DNA of 64,000 nucleotides, from contig NC_092384.1 in the NCBI RefSeq assembly GCF_030028105.1, positions 4,011,665 through 4,075,664 on the forward strand, read 5' to 3'. Below the pieces are notes generated by a model, which was not told where the DNA came from, searched no databases, and saw only the letters and a program-made list of their open reading frames with translations. Positions 63,841 through 64,000 of this stretch are shown here, one piece after another (position 1 is the stretch's first letter; each line of letters begins with the position of its first letter). The position numbers were made by a program, and so were the translations under genes. This stretch comes from Mobula birostris (taxonomy: Eukaryota).

Positions 63841-64000
63841 AGATAGTATGAGGGGGGATCTCATTGAAGCATACTGAAAATTGAAAGGCCTTGACAGAAT
63901 GGACGTGGAGATGATCTTTTCTATGTTGGTGGATACTAACACAATAGGACAATACCTTTGAATAGAGGCGCACCTATCTAGAAGGAAGATGTGAAAGAAT

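Overview
Eukaryotic (vertebrate) genomic DNA. The mix of repeat families and the type of Ig gene suggest a cartilaginous fish, probably a ray; this is inference only. By manual mapping roughly nine-tenths of the window is nested, mostly decayed transposable elements: many CR1 LINEs of at least two families, Rex1/Babar-type LINEs, a tandem Penelope-like array, two Gmr1-type Ty3/Gypsy LTR elements (integrase before RT), a miniature Gypsy derivative and Tc1 remnants. The one clear host gene is on the + strand at 48426-50214. It has three clean phase-1 exons (leader, germline-joined VJ-type Ig domain, C1-set Ig domain) and resembles a non-rearranging antigen-receptor-like / SIRP / NKp30-like IgSF gene. 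Upstream are an overlapping GAS+ISRE element, a duplicated ETS-type motif and a TATA-like box. No transmembrane exon is visible in the remaining 13.8 kb. TE boundaries without a stated TSD are approximate (tens of bp). No database searches were run.
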